From positions 63-64,062 of the forward strand of contig PWKY01000076.1 of the NCBI GenBank assembly GCA_003560595.1: a stretch of 64,000 nt of DNA, written 5' to 3'. The notes beneath the pieces were generated by a model that searched no databases, was not told the origin of the DNA, and saw only the letters and a list, made by a program, of their open reading frames with translations. The stretch comes from Thermoplasmata archaeon. Lineage in GTDB: Archaea; Thermoplasmatota; Thermoplasmata; Halarchaeoplasmatales; Halarchaeoplasmataceae. The translations under genes were made by a program, and so were the position numbers. This document shows, one piece after another, positions 19,443 through 28,438 of the stretch (positions are counted from its first letter, which is position 1; the number at the start of each line of letters is the position of its first letter).

Positions 19443-21002
19443 TTATTCTATAGTCCAATCTACATTATGATCAGCTGAGTTGTGAATCCAGTATCCATAT
19501 CCTGGATAGAATACAAAACTTGTCGGATCATCAGCGTAAGCTATATTGTATTCTTCCTTACCTTCAAAATAACCTATGAGACTTACTTCAGACGGTAGGT
19601 TCTGATTTCCATGAGATGAATCGGGGAACCCAACCATATTCCAACCTGGATATAGTGTGATATCCGTGATGGTAGGCAATGATCCTTCGATGATCAGAGT
19701 GGCATCATCTTCCATATTTATCCAGATACCCATAGTATGATCCCAATATCGTAAATTATTAAAAATTTCGGATCTACCTGGAACATAGGTCAACCATTCA
19801 TCATTAGATGCATCGAAGTACATCAACCTATTGTATTTTCCTCCTATACCATATTCGGGGTGATGGAGGATCTCAGTCAAAGATGTGTCTTTAGGTATAA
19901 GATCGAATGATACGAAGTTCCAACCTTCGAAATCGCCACCAGCATATAAGGAAATATCGAAAGTTGACGTATACCCTATTTCAGTCGCTACTTCAGTATT
20001 GTTCTCTTCAATATCGTTCGTTCCTACCGCCCTTACAAGGTAACACCAAGATATATCATCTGCTAACCCTCTAAATAGATCAGTATATTGATAAGTACCT
20101 GAGTCTTCAGCAGTTATGTTGGCTATGAGTGTGCTTTCGTTCCAAGGTCCATCATGATCATCCGACCGGTATATGTTGTAATGGCTGACATCCCCCGGAT
20201 CATCGGAACTCGCATCCCAGGTCAGCAAGTTATGTTTATCATCGTTTAAAGACACGTCTCCACTGACCACTATCTCATCTATCCTCCAACCCTGGTGGTC
20301 GCTTTTGTAATTATCCACACCGGCCTCCCATCGAACCCATATACTTTCATCCTCGTAGTCACTGAGATCAAAAAAAACTTCTTCCCAATCAAGTGAATAT
20401 CCCCAGGCCGGTTCTCCCCCGAGTGGATTATCCCATGCATCATCTAAAATACCGTCGTAACCTGGCTGAGATTTTTCCATCAAATGCCAAGGACCCTCTA
20501 TATCGTTAGTAGATATCTTCAGATTACCTCCGTCCCACAATCTGCTTTCGTCTTCGAAGTCCCGCCAATGCATGAAAGTGAGTTCAGCTGCGGAAACATT
20601 GGATAAATCTATTTCAGGAGTTATCAACCAACTCAGTCCTCCTTTCTCCGGATCTTCGTAGGAACCGTTGCCGAAATCCCAAGAATAATTACCAGAAATG
20701 GAATCAATATCCCGTATACCCCATTCACTAGCTCCGCTAGATTGACCGGTAGTATAACCAAGGTCGTTTACAACATGATCTTCAAAAACTACATCAAAAG
20801 CTTGGTTGGTATGTTTTACTGTTAAATTAGAAGGAGGTTCAGGGGGTAAATCTTCCTGTATCGAGTTATCTACGATTTGGTCATCTGATCCGATAGGATG
20901 CAAGTAGGTTTCGCCCACATCAACGATGTAGCTAGCTGTGAGAGATATGGATAGGATAAATAATATAGCCATGACTCCGAATCTTGTCTTTTTTTGTACC
21001 AT
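19443..21002 (-). CDS. Secreted acidic protein: FN3 domain with inserted beta-sandwich domain and a C-terminal GWN-repeat domain
   Basis: Signal peptide, WLITPEIDLS, DGGNLKIS, GWRIDEI, LTWDAS...YNIYRS, GWNFVSF/GWNMVGF. Confidence 0.8.
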   Translation of the reverse strand: MVQKKTRFGVMAILFILSISLTASYIVDVGETYLHPIGSDDQIVDNSIQEDLPPEPPSNLTVKHTNQAFDVVFEDHVVNDLGYTTGQSSGASEWGIRDIDSISGNYSWDFGNGSYEDPEKGGLSWLITPEIDLSNVSAAELTFMHWRDFEDESRLWDGGNLKISTNDIEGPWHLMEKSQPGYDGILDDAWDNPLGGEPAWGYSLDWEEVFFDLSDYEDESIWVRWEAGVDNYKSDHQGWRIDEIVVSGDVSLNDDKHNLLTWDASSDDPGDVSHYNIYRSDDHDGPWNESTLIANITAEDSGTYQYTDLFRGLADDISWCYLVRAVGTNDIEENNTEVATEIGYTSTFDISLYAGGDFEGWNFVSFDLIPKDTSLTEILHHPEYGIGGKYNRLMYFDASNDEWLTYVPGRSEIFNNLRYWDHTMGIWINMEDDATLIIEGSLPTITDITLYPGWNMVGFPDSSHGNQNLPSEVSLIGYFEGKEEYNIAYADDPTSFVFYPGYGYWIHNSADHNVDWTIE

Positions 21003-21134
21003 CCTTTTTTACTCCATTGCTACCTTATAGACCCGGTATTTAGAGGTGATTAATTAAGTTAAGGGTGATGAAAAGAGCACATCATCTTATGGATAATAAC
21101 TTTCATATACGGCCATCAGGATTACAACAACGCT

Positions 21135-22571
21135 ATGAGCCTTAAGCTGTATAATACCCTGACAGGAAAAAAGGAGCCCTTTGAATCCATTGACGACGTG
21201 GTTAAAATATACTCCTGTGGACAAACGATATATGAAGACATGCACATCGGTAATGCTAAAACTTACAGTGCATGGGACGTGCTTAAACGTTACTTAGAAT
21301 GGAAGGGGCACGAGGTCTTCCAGATCATGAACATAACCGATGTGGGTCATCTGACGGATGACGCAGATCAAGGGGAAGACAAGATAGAAAAATCAGCAAA
21401 AGAAAAAAAGCTAGAACCTATGGAATTGGTTACCAAACAGGTCATTAAATTCTACAAGGAGATGGACCTTTTGAACATGTGTACAGCTAACGTATTTCCC
21501 CGTGCAACAGGTCACATGGTGGAGATGATCGAATGCGTAAAAAAGATAATCGAAAATGGTTACGGTTACGAAGTTAACGGTTCGGTTTACTTCGATGTAC
21601 CTAAATTCACTGAGGAACACAGCTATCCCGTATTAGGGGGAAGAACCATCGATGATCTGCAAGTAGGTGCCGGCGGAAGGGTAAGTAGTGAACAGATCCA
21701 GGAAAAAAAGTCTCCTATAGACTTCGCCCTCTGGATAAAGGCCCCTCCCGAGCACCTTATGAGATGGCCATCTCCCTGGGGTGAAGGGTATCCCGGATGG
21801 CATTTAGAGTGCAGTGTGATGGGTTCGAAGTACCTTGGAGAGATATTTGACATACACACAGGAGGTATAGACCACATATTTCCCCATCATCCCAACGAAA
21901 GGGCACAGAACATAGCTATGCACGATCTGGAAGAAGAACCCATCAGATACTGGTTACACAGCTCCCACATAACTGTAGAAGGAGAAAAGATGTCTAAAAG
22001 TAAAGGCAACTTTTACACTGTAGAGGAACTACTAAAAGAGTACGAACCATCCGTCCTTCGAACCTTTTTTGCAGGCATACATTACAGATCTCACAGTGAC
22101 TTCAGTTTTAAATCGCTTGAGGAAGCCAAAAAGAAGCTCCATCGGATAAAAAATACGATACGTCTGGCTGAGGAGAGTGAAGGCGGTGAAAAAGATACAT
22201 TGATCGAAAGCATAGATAGGATGCGCAAGGACTTTGAAGAAGCTATGGATGAAGATCTAAATACTCCTTTAGCCTTGAGTAAACTGATATCATTCTCAGG
22301 AGAAATAAACAATAATCTAGACGATCGTAAAGAAATTTTAGAGGAGGCGGTTGCCTTGATCAAAGAATTGGCTGGTGTGATCGGTATCGAATTGGAGGGA
22401 ATTGAAACAGATGTAAAAGCCGAACCATATGTTGATCTGCTGATCGAAATAAGACAAAAGTTGAGAGCAAAAAAGGGATACGAACTGGCCGATACGATCA
22501 GAGAAAGACTAGAAAACCTGGATGTCATCGTCGAGGATACCGATTCAGGTGCAAGGTGGTACATCAAATAA
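21135..22571 (+). CDS. cysS: Cysteine--tRNA ligase
   Basis: LKLYNTLT, YSCG, MHIGN, NITDVGH, DFALW, PGWHLECS, GGIDHIFPHH, KMSKS. Confidence 0.97.
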   Translation: MSLKLYNTLTGKKEPFESIDDVVKIYSCGQTIYEDMHIGNAKTYSAWDVLKRYLEWKGHEVFQIMNITDVGHLTDDADQGEDKIEKSAKEKKLEPMELVTKQVIKFYKEMDLLNMCTANVFPRATGHMVEMIECVKKIIENGYGYEVNGSVYFDVPKFTEEHSYPVLGGRTIDDLQVGAGGRVSSEQIQEKKSPIDFALWIKAPPEHLMRWPSPWGEGYPGWHLECSVMGSKYLGEIFDIHTGGIDHIFPHHPNERAQNIAMHDLEEEPIRYWLHSSHITVEGEKMSKSKGNFYTVEELLKEYEPSVLRTFFAGIHYRSHSDFSFKSLEEAKKKLHRIKNTIRLAEESEGGEKDTLIESIDRMRKDFEEAMDEDLNTPLALSKLISFSGEINNNLDDRKEILEEAVALIKELAGVIGIELEGIETDVKAEPYVDLLIEIRQKLRAKKGYELADTIRERLENLDVIVEDTDSGARWYIK

Positions 22572-22643
22572 ATATGAACCATCCGAAAACGTAAAATCAT
22601 ATCAAGTTCTAAGGATACATAACCCGATAAGGGATGAACATCT

Positions 22644-24356
22644 ATGCCTGTGAGAAAAAAAGAAACTAGTAAGTGTAGAATCTTAACCGTTTATTTACTG
22701 GTATTTTTGATATTGGCCACAGGTGTTATTGAGGGTTCACGTATAGATATATGGGATTCTTTTAAAGGAGATGAAAGAAATACGGGCTTGAGCCCATATG
22801 GTACATCGGATTACAACGGAGAGATCAAATGGGATTTTGACACTGGAAGGTCCATAAGCGCTTCACCAGTTCTCGGCTCTAGAGGTGAGATATATGTCGG
22901 ATCGGTCAGCGGCGAATTTTTTTCTATATCATCATCTGGATTGGAACGGTGGAGCTATAATACTGGTGATTCAATAAGATCTACCGCTGCTATCGGAAAC
23001 GATGGTCTGATCTATGTCGGTTCTGATGATGGAATACTATACGCATTCAAAAGTTATGGAGAAGTCGAATGGAGATATCAAACCGGGGGGGCAATAAATT
23101 CTTCTCCAGCGGTAGGGGATGATGGGACTGTATACGTGGGGTCAAATGATGGACATCTATATTCATTCAGTCCAGATGGCAGTTTGATATGGAAATATGA
23201 CACTGGTGGTAGGATCTCAAGCTCTCCGGCCATCGGTGAAGGAGCGATATATATCGGGAAAAATAGAGCCACCTTTCATGATCATGTAAGCTTGATTGCA
23301 GTGAACACCGATGGGGATAGGATATGGAACTATACTGTAGAAGGAAACATTAATAGTGCACTGATGGTAGATGATAACGGATATATATACGCCGGTGCGA
23401 GGGGGGGAAAACTGTACTCATTTTATACCGACGGTAAACTCCGTTGGACCTTTGATACGGATTCAAGGATCAATTCTTCCCCATCGATAGACGGAGAAGG
23501 TAATATATATTTAACCGCCATGGATAGTAAGATATATTCTATAGATATAAATGGAGACCTGCGCTGGAGTTACGGAACAGGTAGATACATTACAAGTTCA
23601 CCGTCAATTTGTTCGGATGGATACTTATTCTTTGGATCTAGTGATGGAAAATTTTATTCATTAACTAGGGACGGAGATGAACGTGTGATCGTTGATATAG
23701 GAGAGAGCATAATATCAACAGCTGCCATCGGTAGAGACGGCACGGTATACTTTGGAGGAGTCGATGGTCGAGTGTATGCTCTCAACGGTGTTGAAGAGGT
23801 AGAATATCGACCGCCTACCCCGATATCTTTAACCGCAGAGGCCGGAGAGAGATATGTTGAAATAAATTGGAACATGCCAGAACATGAAAGAGAGATCAAT
23901 AGTTTTAACTTATATCGAAAACAAGAGAGGGACGATCGATCATATTTGTTTTCTGTACCTAGTTCAAAGACGTCCTTTAAAGATACAAGTATAGAAAGCG
24001 GAGAAACATATCATTACAGCGTTTCCGCGGTGGATTCGGATGGGGAATCCATTGCTACAGAACCTGTTACCGTTATCATACCGGAAAGAACCGAAAAAGA
24101 AGAAGAGTCTTTATTTTACAGGAGAAAAACGATAATGTTGCTTACATTTTTAACGCTAGTTTTAGTTATCTCTTTGTGTAGCGTTTTGAAAAAGAGAAGG
24201 GAATTGAAAAATATTAGTGCCTTCGACAAAGATGTACTAAGAACCCGTTATACTTGTCCTTTTTGCGGCAATATAATACATATCAGGGAAGAAGAACATA
24301 ACGATATCAATTGTACAAGATGTAAAAGTACCATCAAAGCCGGTGTGTTTAATTAG
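22644..24356 (+). CDS. Membrane-anchored PQQ-like beta-propeller protein with FN3, TM helix and C-terminal zinc ribbon
   Basis: Signal peptide, repeated SSPAIG.DG..YVGS.DG.LY units, FN3, TM segment, CPFCG...CTRC. Confidence 0.88.
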   Translation: MPVRKKETSKCRILTVYLLVFLILATGVIEGSRIDIWDSFKGDERNTGLSPYGTSDYNGEIKWDFDTGRSISASPVLGSRGEIYVGSVSGEFFSISSSGLERWSYNTGDSIRSTAAIGNDGLIYVGSDDGILYAFKSYGEVEWRYQTGGAINSSPAVGDDGTVYVGSNDGHLYSFSPDGSLIWKYDTGGRISSSPAIGEGAIYIGKNRATFHDHVSLIAVNTDGDRIWNYTVEGNINSALMVDDNGYIYAGARGGKLYSFYTDGKLRWTFDTDSRINSSPSIDGEGNIYLTAMDSKIYSIDINGDLRWSYGTGRYITSSPSICSDGYLFFGSSDGKFYSLTRDGDERVIVDIGESIISTAAIGRDGTVYFGGVDGRVYALNGVEEVEYRPPTPISLTAEAGERYVEINWNMPEHEREINSFNLYRKQERDDRSYLFSVPSSKTSFKDTSIESGETYHYSVSAVDSDGESIATEPVTVIIPERTEKEEESLFYRRKTIMLLTFLTLVLVISLCSVLKKRRELKNISAFDKDVLRTRYTCPFCGNIIHIREEEHNDINCTRCKSTIKAGVFN

Positions 24357-24837
24357 TACTATTTAGAATATTGAGAACGATATCAGTTTCAGGTAAAAAA
24401 TCCTCCTGGGTAATCTTGGAATTGATTTCGGATAATGGAACAAATTCTCCCTTTTGAAACTCTTTGGGATCCAAATCCACCTTAGAAGGAGATACTGTCA
24501 CCTTGAAAAGAGATACATGTTCTACTTCTTCGGGTAGATCCTTTACAAAATTTCCTAGATGAACATATTCACCGGTAGTACCGATTTCTTCTACCATCTC
24601 CTTTATCAAGGTTTTTTCATAGGAGCAGCCCGCCGACACATGCCCACCCATGACTACACTCCAATAGCCTCCAAAGAACTCCTTTAAAGTACTCCTTTGG
24701 GTAATCAATATTCGATCATCTGGTGAGAATACAAAGAACATCACCGTCCTGTGTGGGATCCTATTTTCATGAACCTTTTTTCTACTGGCGGTGCCTACAA
24801 CATTGTTATCTTCATCTACGATGTCTAAGAGTTCCAT
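24349..24837 (-). CDS. NUDIX hydrolase (YfcD/IDI-like)
   Basis: LDIVDE, HRTVMFFVF, GGHV....KEMVEEIG Nudix box variant. Confidence 0.85.
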   Translation of the reverse strand: MELLDIVDEDNNVVGTASRKKVHENRIPHRTVMFFVFSPDDRILITQRSTLKEFFGGYWSVVMGGHVSAGCSYEKTLIKEMVEEIGTTGEYVHLGNFVKDLPEEVEHVSLFKVTVSPSKVDLDPKEFQKGEFVPLSEINSKITQEDFLPETDIVLNILNSTN

Positions 24838-24953
24838 GTTTTAGTAAATGGGTGGAGGTATAAAAAAAGAACGTTTTGGAAAGATATGCATGTCGGAGTA
24901 TGTATATATCATGCTGTTGGAGTTCATTGTTCGATATATGGCTAATAAAGAGA

Positions 24954-24983
24954 ATAAAGTTTTAATATTTTTAAAGCTTTACT
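24954..24983. repeat. 30-bp near-palindromic element, copy 1
   Basis: ATAAAGTTTTAATATTTTTAAAGCTTTACT; 28/30 identical to 25729-25758. Confidence 0.75.
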
Positions 24984-25407
24984 AGGATTCTTCGCTCTTT
25001 CTCTTGGAGTAATATCTTATGTCCAGATCTTCATACCCCAGGTATTCGAAAAATTCCATCGACTCGGGATTATCGCCTTCTATCAATACTCCGATCAATT
25101 CTAAACCCCGCTTATCGAATTCCTTTTCAAGAGATTCAACCAAACGCCGTCCCAAACCCCTATCTCTGTAATCAATATCGACGGCTAAGCGATTTATCCA
25201 GCCTTTCCTACCATCATCGGTGCCAAATACTATCGCTACCAACTTGGATCCATCATAGATGCCTTTCCAGTACTCGGGGTTGTGTTTAATTTCTTCATGT
25301 ATCTTTTCTTCGGTGTCTCTTCCAAGGGGTTTATAGGGTAAACCACAGTTATCCCATAACTCTATGATCCGATTGAAATCCTTGATATCTACGCTGCGCA
25401 GTTCCAT
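24982..25407 (-). CDS. GNAT family N-acetyltransferase (YpeA-like)
   Basis: DGRKGWINRLAVDIDYRDRGLG, N..SMEFFEYLGY. Confidence 0.9.
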   Translation of the reverse strand: MELRSVDIKDFNRIIELWDNCGLPYKPLGRDTEEKIHEEIKHNPEYWKGIYDGSKLVAIVFGTDDGRKGWINRLAVDIDYRDRGLGRRLVESLEKEFDKRGLELIGVLIEGDNPESMEFFEYLGYEDLDIRYYSKRKSEES

Positions 25408-25444
25408 GAGAGTTAATTAAAAAAATAGTTTATAATCATTTTGC

Positions 25445-25720
25445 TCAAATTTCTTCAATGTCTAATTCTAAAGAATAGTGTTGTTTACTGAGTCTATAGA
25501 CCCATATATCTCCAGTTAGACCTTTCATCTTCTTCTTATCTAAAAGCCTTACTTCAGCCATATCATGCAGGTAAGAAACGGCCGTAGCTGTGGTTATACC
25601 GATGTAGGATGCCACATCATTGGCCTTTACCCAGTTCTTTTTAGATAGTTCCTCGATCAAGGATGGCACATGTTTTTTACCCAAAATTTTTGCAGCCCTA
25701 TTGAACTCGTATAGATCCAT
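25445..25720 (-). CDS. Winged-helix (ArsR-like) DNA-binding protein
   Basis: KANDVASYIGITTATAVSYLHDM HTH followed by a wing (WVYRL). Confidence 0.75.
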   Translation of the reverse strand: MDLYEFNRAAKILGKKHVPSLIEELSKKNWVKANDVASYIGITTATAVSYLHDMAEVRLLDKKKMKGLTGDIWVYRLSKQHYSLELDIEEI

Positions 25721-25728
25721 ACATAGAG

Positions 25729-25758
25729 ATAAAGTTTTAATATTATTAAAGTTTTACT
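25729..25758. repeat. 30-bp near-palindromic element, copy 2 (overlaps the promoter zone of the wHTH gene)
   Basis: ATAAAGTTTTAATATTATTAAAGTTTTACT, 8 nt upstream of the wHTH ATG. Confidence 0.75.
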
Positions 25759-25868
25759 CTATCTAGTAATGCATTTTGTTGCTACCATATAGCTAGATAG
25801 GGGTGTTTCTACTTTCACCGACCTCCTTTCTTAAAGATTAAGTACTCCTTAGCGATTATACCTAGGAG

Positions 25869-26894
25869 ATGATACAGGAATTATGGAGAATTCTAAAGCA
25901 GATGGGAGGGGTACCAGAGGAGTGGGGTAACCCTCAATTCCAACATCAACAAGGATATTACGAATCCGTACCTTTGTCCCAAGATAATTTCACAGTATAT
26001 GATCCCATAGACAATGGAAGCAAAATAATATGCTGCGTTGATGGTGGCAATAACTGCATATACCGATCCCCTGTAGACTCTCTGCATCTTATCCGAGTAT
26101 ACTTCAACCTATTTAAAGGTAGGAAAAGATATAAAAACATCAAACCGCTGAATGCATATTTATCTGTAAGATATGAAGAGGATGAAGTCATCTCCCATCT
26201 CCATCCTATCGATTCGGGAATACCTCTAGCAAAAAGAGATTTCACGATAGGGAAAGAAGAACTAGGAAACAATGGAGTTGAAAAAGCTGCTAGAGCTGTT
26301 AGGACTTATTTGGAATGGGAAACCATGAGGCATGCAGTAGAAAAGTATCTGGATGAAGAAGATATTTTGGTAAAAGATGGTGTCCTACAGACCAGTGTTG
26401 AAGACGAGAAAAGGTACGCAGACAGTTTATACCAAGCTGTAGAAGAAAAAGAAATAAATCTCGTAGGGATCGCAAAGACTTGTTCATTGAGAACAACTAC
26501 CGGCCATTCGTTGATCTCCGCAGTAAGGCATCATGCCATGGACATAGGTTATGAGCGATGGATATATCATCCTCTAGCAGTGAATCGTAATCCCGATCAC
26601 AGAGGGGATATGTCCATAGTAAAATACCATCCCCGTTCGGATTACGTGTTCCGTACTGAATTCTACGATGGCGTAACGCAAAACAAAGAAGAGGTGATCG
26701 GATACCTTGCTGACCAAGCTAAAGACCCTCTGTTTCTGGGATATCCATACGGATTGGTGGATGCGGACATCAAAGCAAGGGTATCTGATGAGGAAACAAA
26801 ACATTTGAGAAGGGCTGGGGCGGATAAGATGGAAAAAAGCGTTTCATATAGGATGAGGGCTTTAGACGCCCACGATAAATTGAGTGAGTTATAA
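25869..26894 (+). CDS. nurA: NurA-family nuclease
   Basis: CVDGG, LVKDGVL, VGIAKT, GYPYGLVDAD..AR; directly upstream of herA. Confidence 0.85.
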   Translation: MIQELWRILKQMGGVPEEWGNPQFQHQQGYYESVPLSQDNFTVYDPIDNGSKIICCVDGGNNCIYRSPVDSLHLIRVYFNLFKGRKRYKNIKPLNAYLSVRYEEDEVISHLHPIDSGIPLAKRDFTIGKEELGNNGVEKAARAVRTYLEWETMRHAVEKYLDEEDILVKDGVLQTSVEDEKRYADSLYQAVEEKEINLVGIAKTCSLRTTTGHSLISAVRHHAMDIGYERWIYHPLAVNRNPDHRGDMSIVKYHPRSDYVFRTEFYDGVTQNKEEVIGYLADQAKDPLFLGYPYGLVDADIKARVSDEETKHLRRAGADKMEKSVSYRMRALDAHDKLSEL

Positions 26895-26906
26895 GAAGGT
26901 GTTAAG

Positions 26907-28406
26907 ATGACAACAGTAGGACAGATAATAGGTGGAGAATATGGAGAGATATACATCAGGCAGAAGGCCGGGAAAACCATCGAGATAGGTGAATTACTGT
27001 CTGTAGGAGGGGATGTGATATTACAGGTACATGACCTAGGGTATAGGTCCCTTATGGAAGACGATGATCTCGCCAGGATAAGTGGAATGCAGCTAGAGGG
27101 CTACGACGATACCAGCCTTATGGAAGAGGAGATCAGGAATTATATAAACGCAAAAGCCAAGTTACTTGTACACATAAAAAACGGAGTACCTAAGATACCG
27201 AAAAAATTACCCGTGTTTTTCCATGAGATAAAGAGAGTAAAAGAAGAAAATTTTGAGTTCATGGATGAGCCGGAAAACGGATTATATTTGGGTAAGATGA
27301 GAAGTGGTAGTAGAGTCCTAGATGTACCGGTTTATATCGATGGAAAAAAAGCTTTGTCCCATCATATATTGATCCCAGCTACCACTGGAAGGGGTAAGAG
27401 TAATCTGGTAAAGGTTATGTTGTGGAACCTGATCCCAAAAGATTACTGCGGGATGCTCATCATCGACCCACATGACGAATACTACGGTCGGAACGAGATA
27501 GGTGCTAAGGACCACCCTGATGCAGAGGGCTTGGTAGAATACTACTCACCTAACCCCCCAAAAGGTGGCTATAGTTTAAAACTCAACATAAATCTATTAA
27601 GACCTTGGGACTTAAGTGGTATCATAGATCTAACATCGGCACAAACCGATGCCATGTACGTTTATTATGAAGAATATGAAAACGAGTGGTTGACATATCT
27701 TTTTTTAAGTAGCGAAGAGGAAGCGAAAGAACACGGTATTCAAGAGACTACCTTGGATGTACTCCGAAGAAAGCTTTCCCTAGCCATAGATATACACAGA
27801 GATAGGGGTAGAGTTTATTGTAAAAGTACTATATTTACAACCCAGGGCAATGAAAACATGCTGAACAATATTGTTGATTCTATAGAACGAAGTAAAAAGA
27901 TTATACTTGATACCAGTTCTATGCCTCAGGATAAGGAATTGTTGATCGCAGGCATGATAACAAACCGCATATTCAACCGGTACAAACGTTATAAAGAAAA
28001 AGGAGAGCTGGAAAACAAGCCTACGGTCAGCGTTGTTATCGAAGAGGCGCCGAGGGTGCTAGGTGAACGAGCTGGCAGAAACGTATTTCATACCATCGCT
28101 AGAGAAGGAAGGAAATTCAGAGTAGGCCTTATAGCCATAACACAGTTATCAAGCATGATACCTCGTGAGTTGTTGGCGAACATGAACACAAAAATAATCT
28201 TAGGTAATGAGATGAGAAGTGAGAGAGAGGCCATAATCGGTAGTGTTGCACAGGATCTATCCAAAGATAGTAAAAACATCGCCAGCTTAGACAAAGGCGA
28301 AGCCATAGTAAGCAGTATATTCACCAAATTCGCGGTGCCCATAAAGATCGACCTATTCGATGATATTGCACAACCTAAGAAAAGTAAAAATCTCAAATTT
28401 TTTTAA
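26907..28406 (+). CDS. herA: HerA bipolar helicase/ATPase
   Basis: N-terminal HAS barrel, [37 protein letters not shown]. Confidence 0.93.
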   Translation: MTTVGQIIGGEYGEIYIRQKAGKTIEIGELLSVGGDVILQVHDLGYRSLMEDDDLARISGMQLEGYDDTSLMEEEIRNYINAKAKLLVHIKNGVPKIPKKLPVFFHEIKRVKEENFEFMDEPENGLYLGKMRSGSRVLDVPVYIDGKKALSHHILIPATTGRGKSNLVKVMLWNLIPKDYCGMLIIDPHDEYYGRNEIGAKDHPDAEGLVEYYSPNPPKGGYSLKLNINLLRPWDLSGIIDLTSAQTDAMYVYYEEYENEWLTYLFLSSEEEAKEHGIQETTLDVLRRKLSLAIDIHRDRGRVYCKSTIFTTQGNENMLNNIVDSIERSKKIILDTSSMPQDKELLIAGMITNRIFNRYKRYKEKGELENKPTVSVVIEEAPRVLGERAGRNVFHTIAREGRKFRVGLIAITQLSSMIPRELLANMNTKIILGNEMRSEREAIIGSVAQDLSKDSKNIASLDKGEAIVSSIFTKFAVPIKIDLFDDIAQPKKSKNLKFF

Positions 28407-28438
28407 AATAAAAAAAGAAAGGGGTTTGTAGAAGGGTC

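Noticed and set aside
21003..21134. Cys-rich leader peptide upstream of cysS, analogous to ileS
   Set aside because: The short upstream ORF from ATG 21068 has no Cys codons, and a TATA-like box ~25 nt before the cysS ATG suggests a leaderless mRNA.
25869..28406. NurA-HerA as an anti-phage HerA system
   Set aside because: The partner is NurA and mre11-rad50 is nearby, so this is the housekeeping end-resection machinery.
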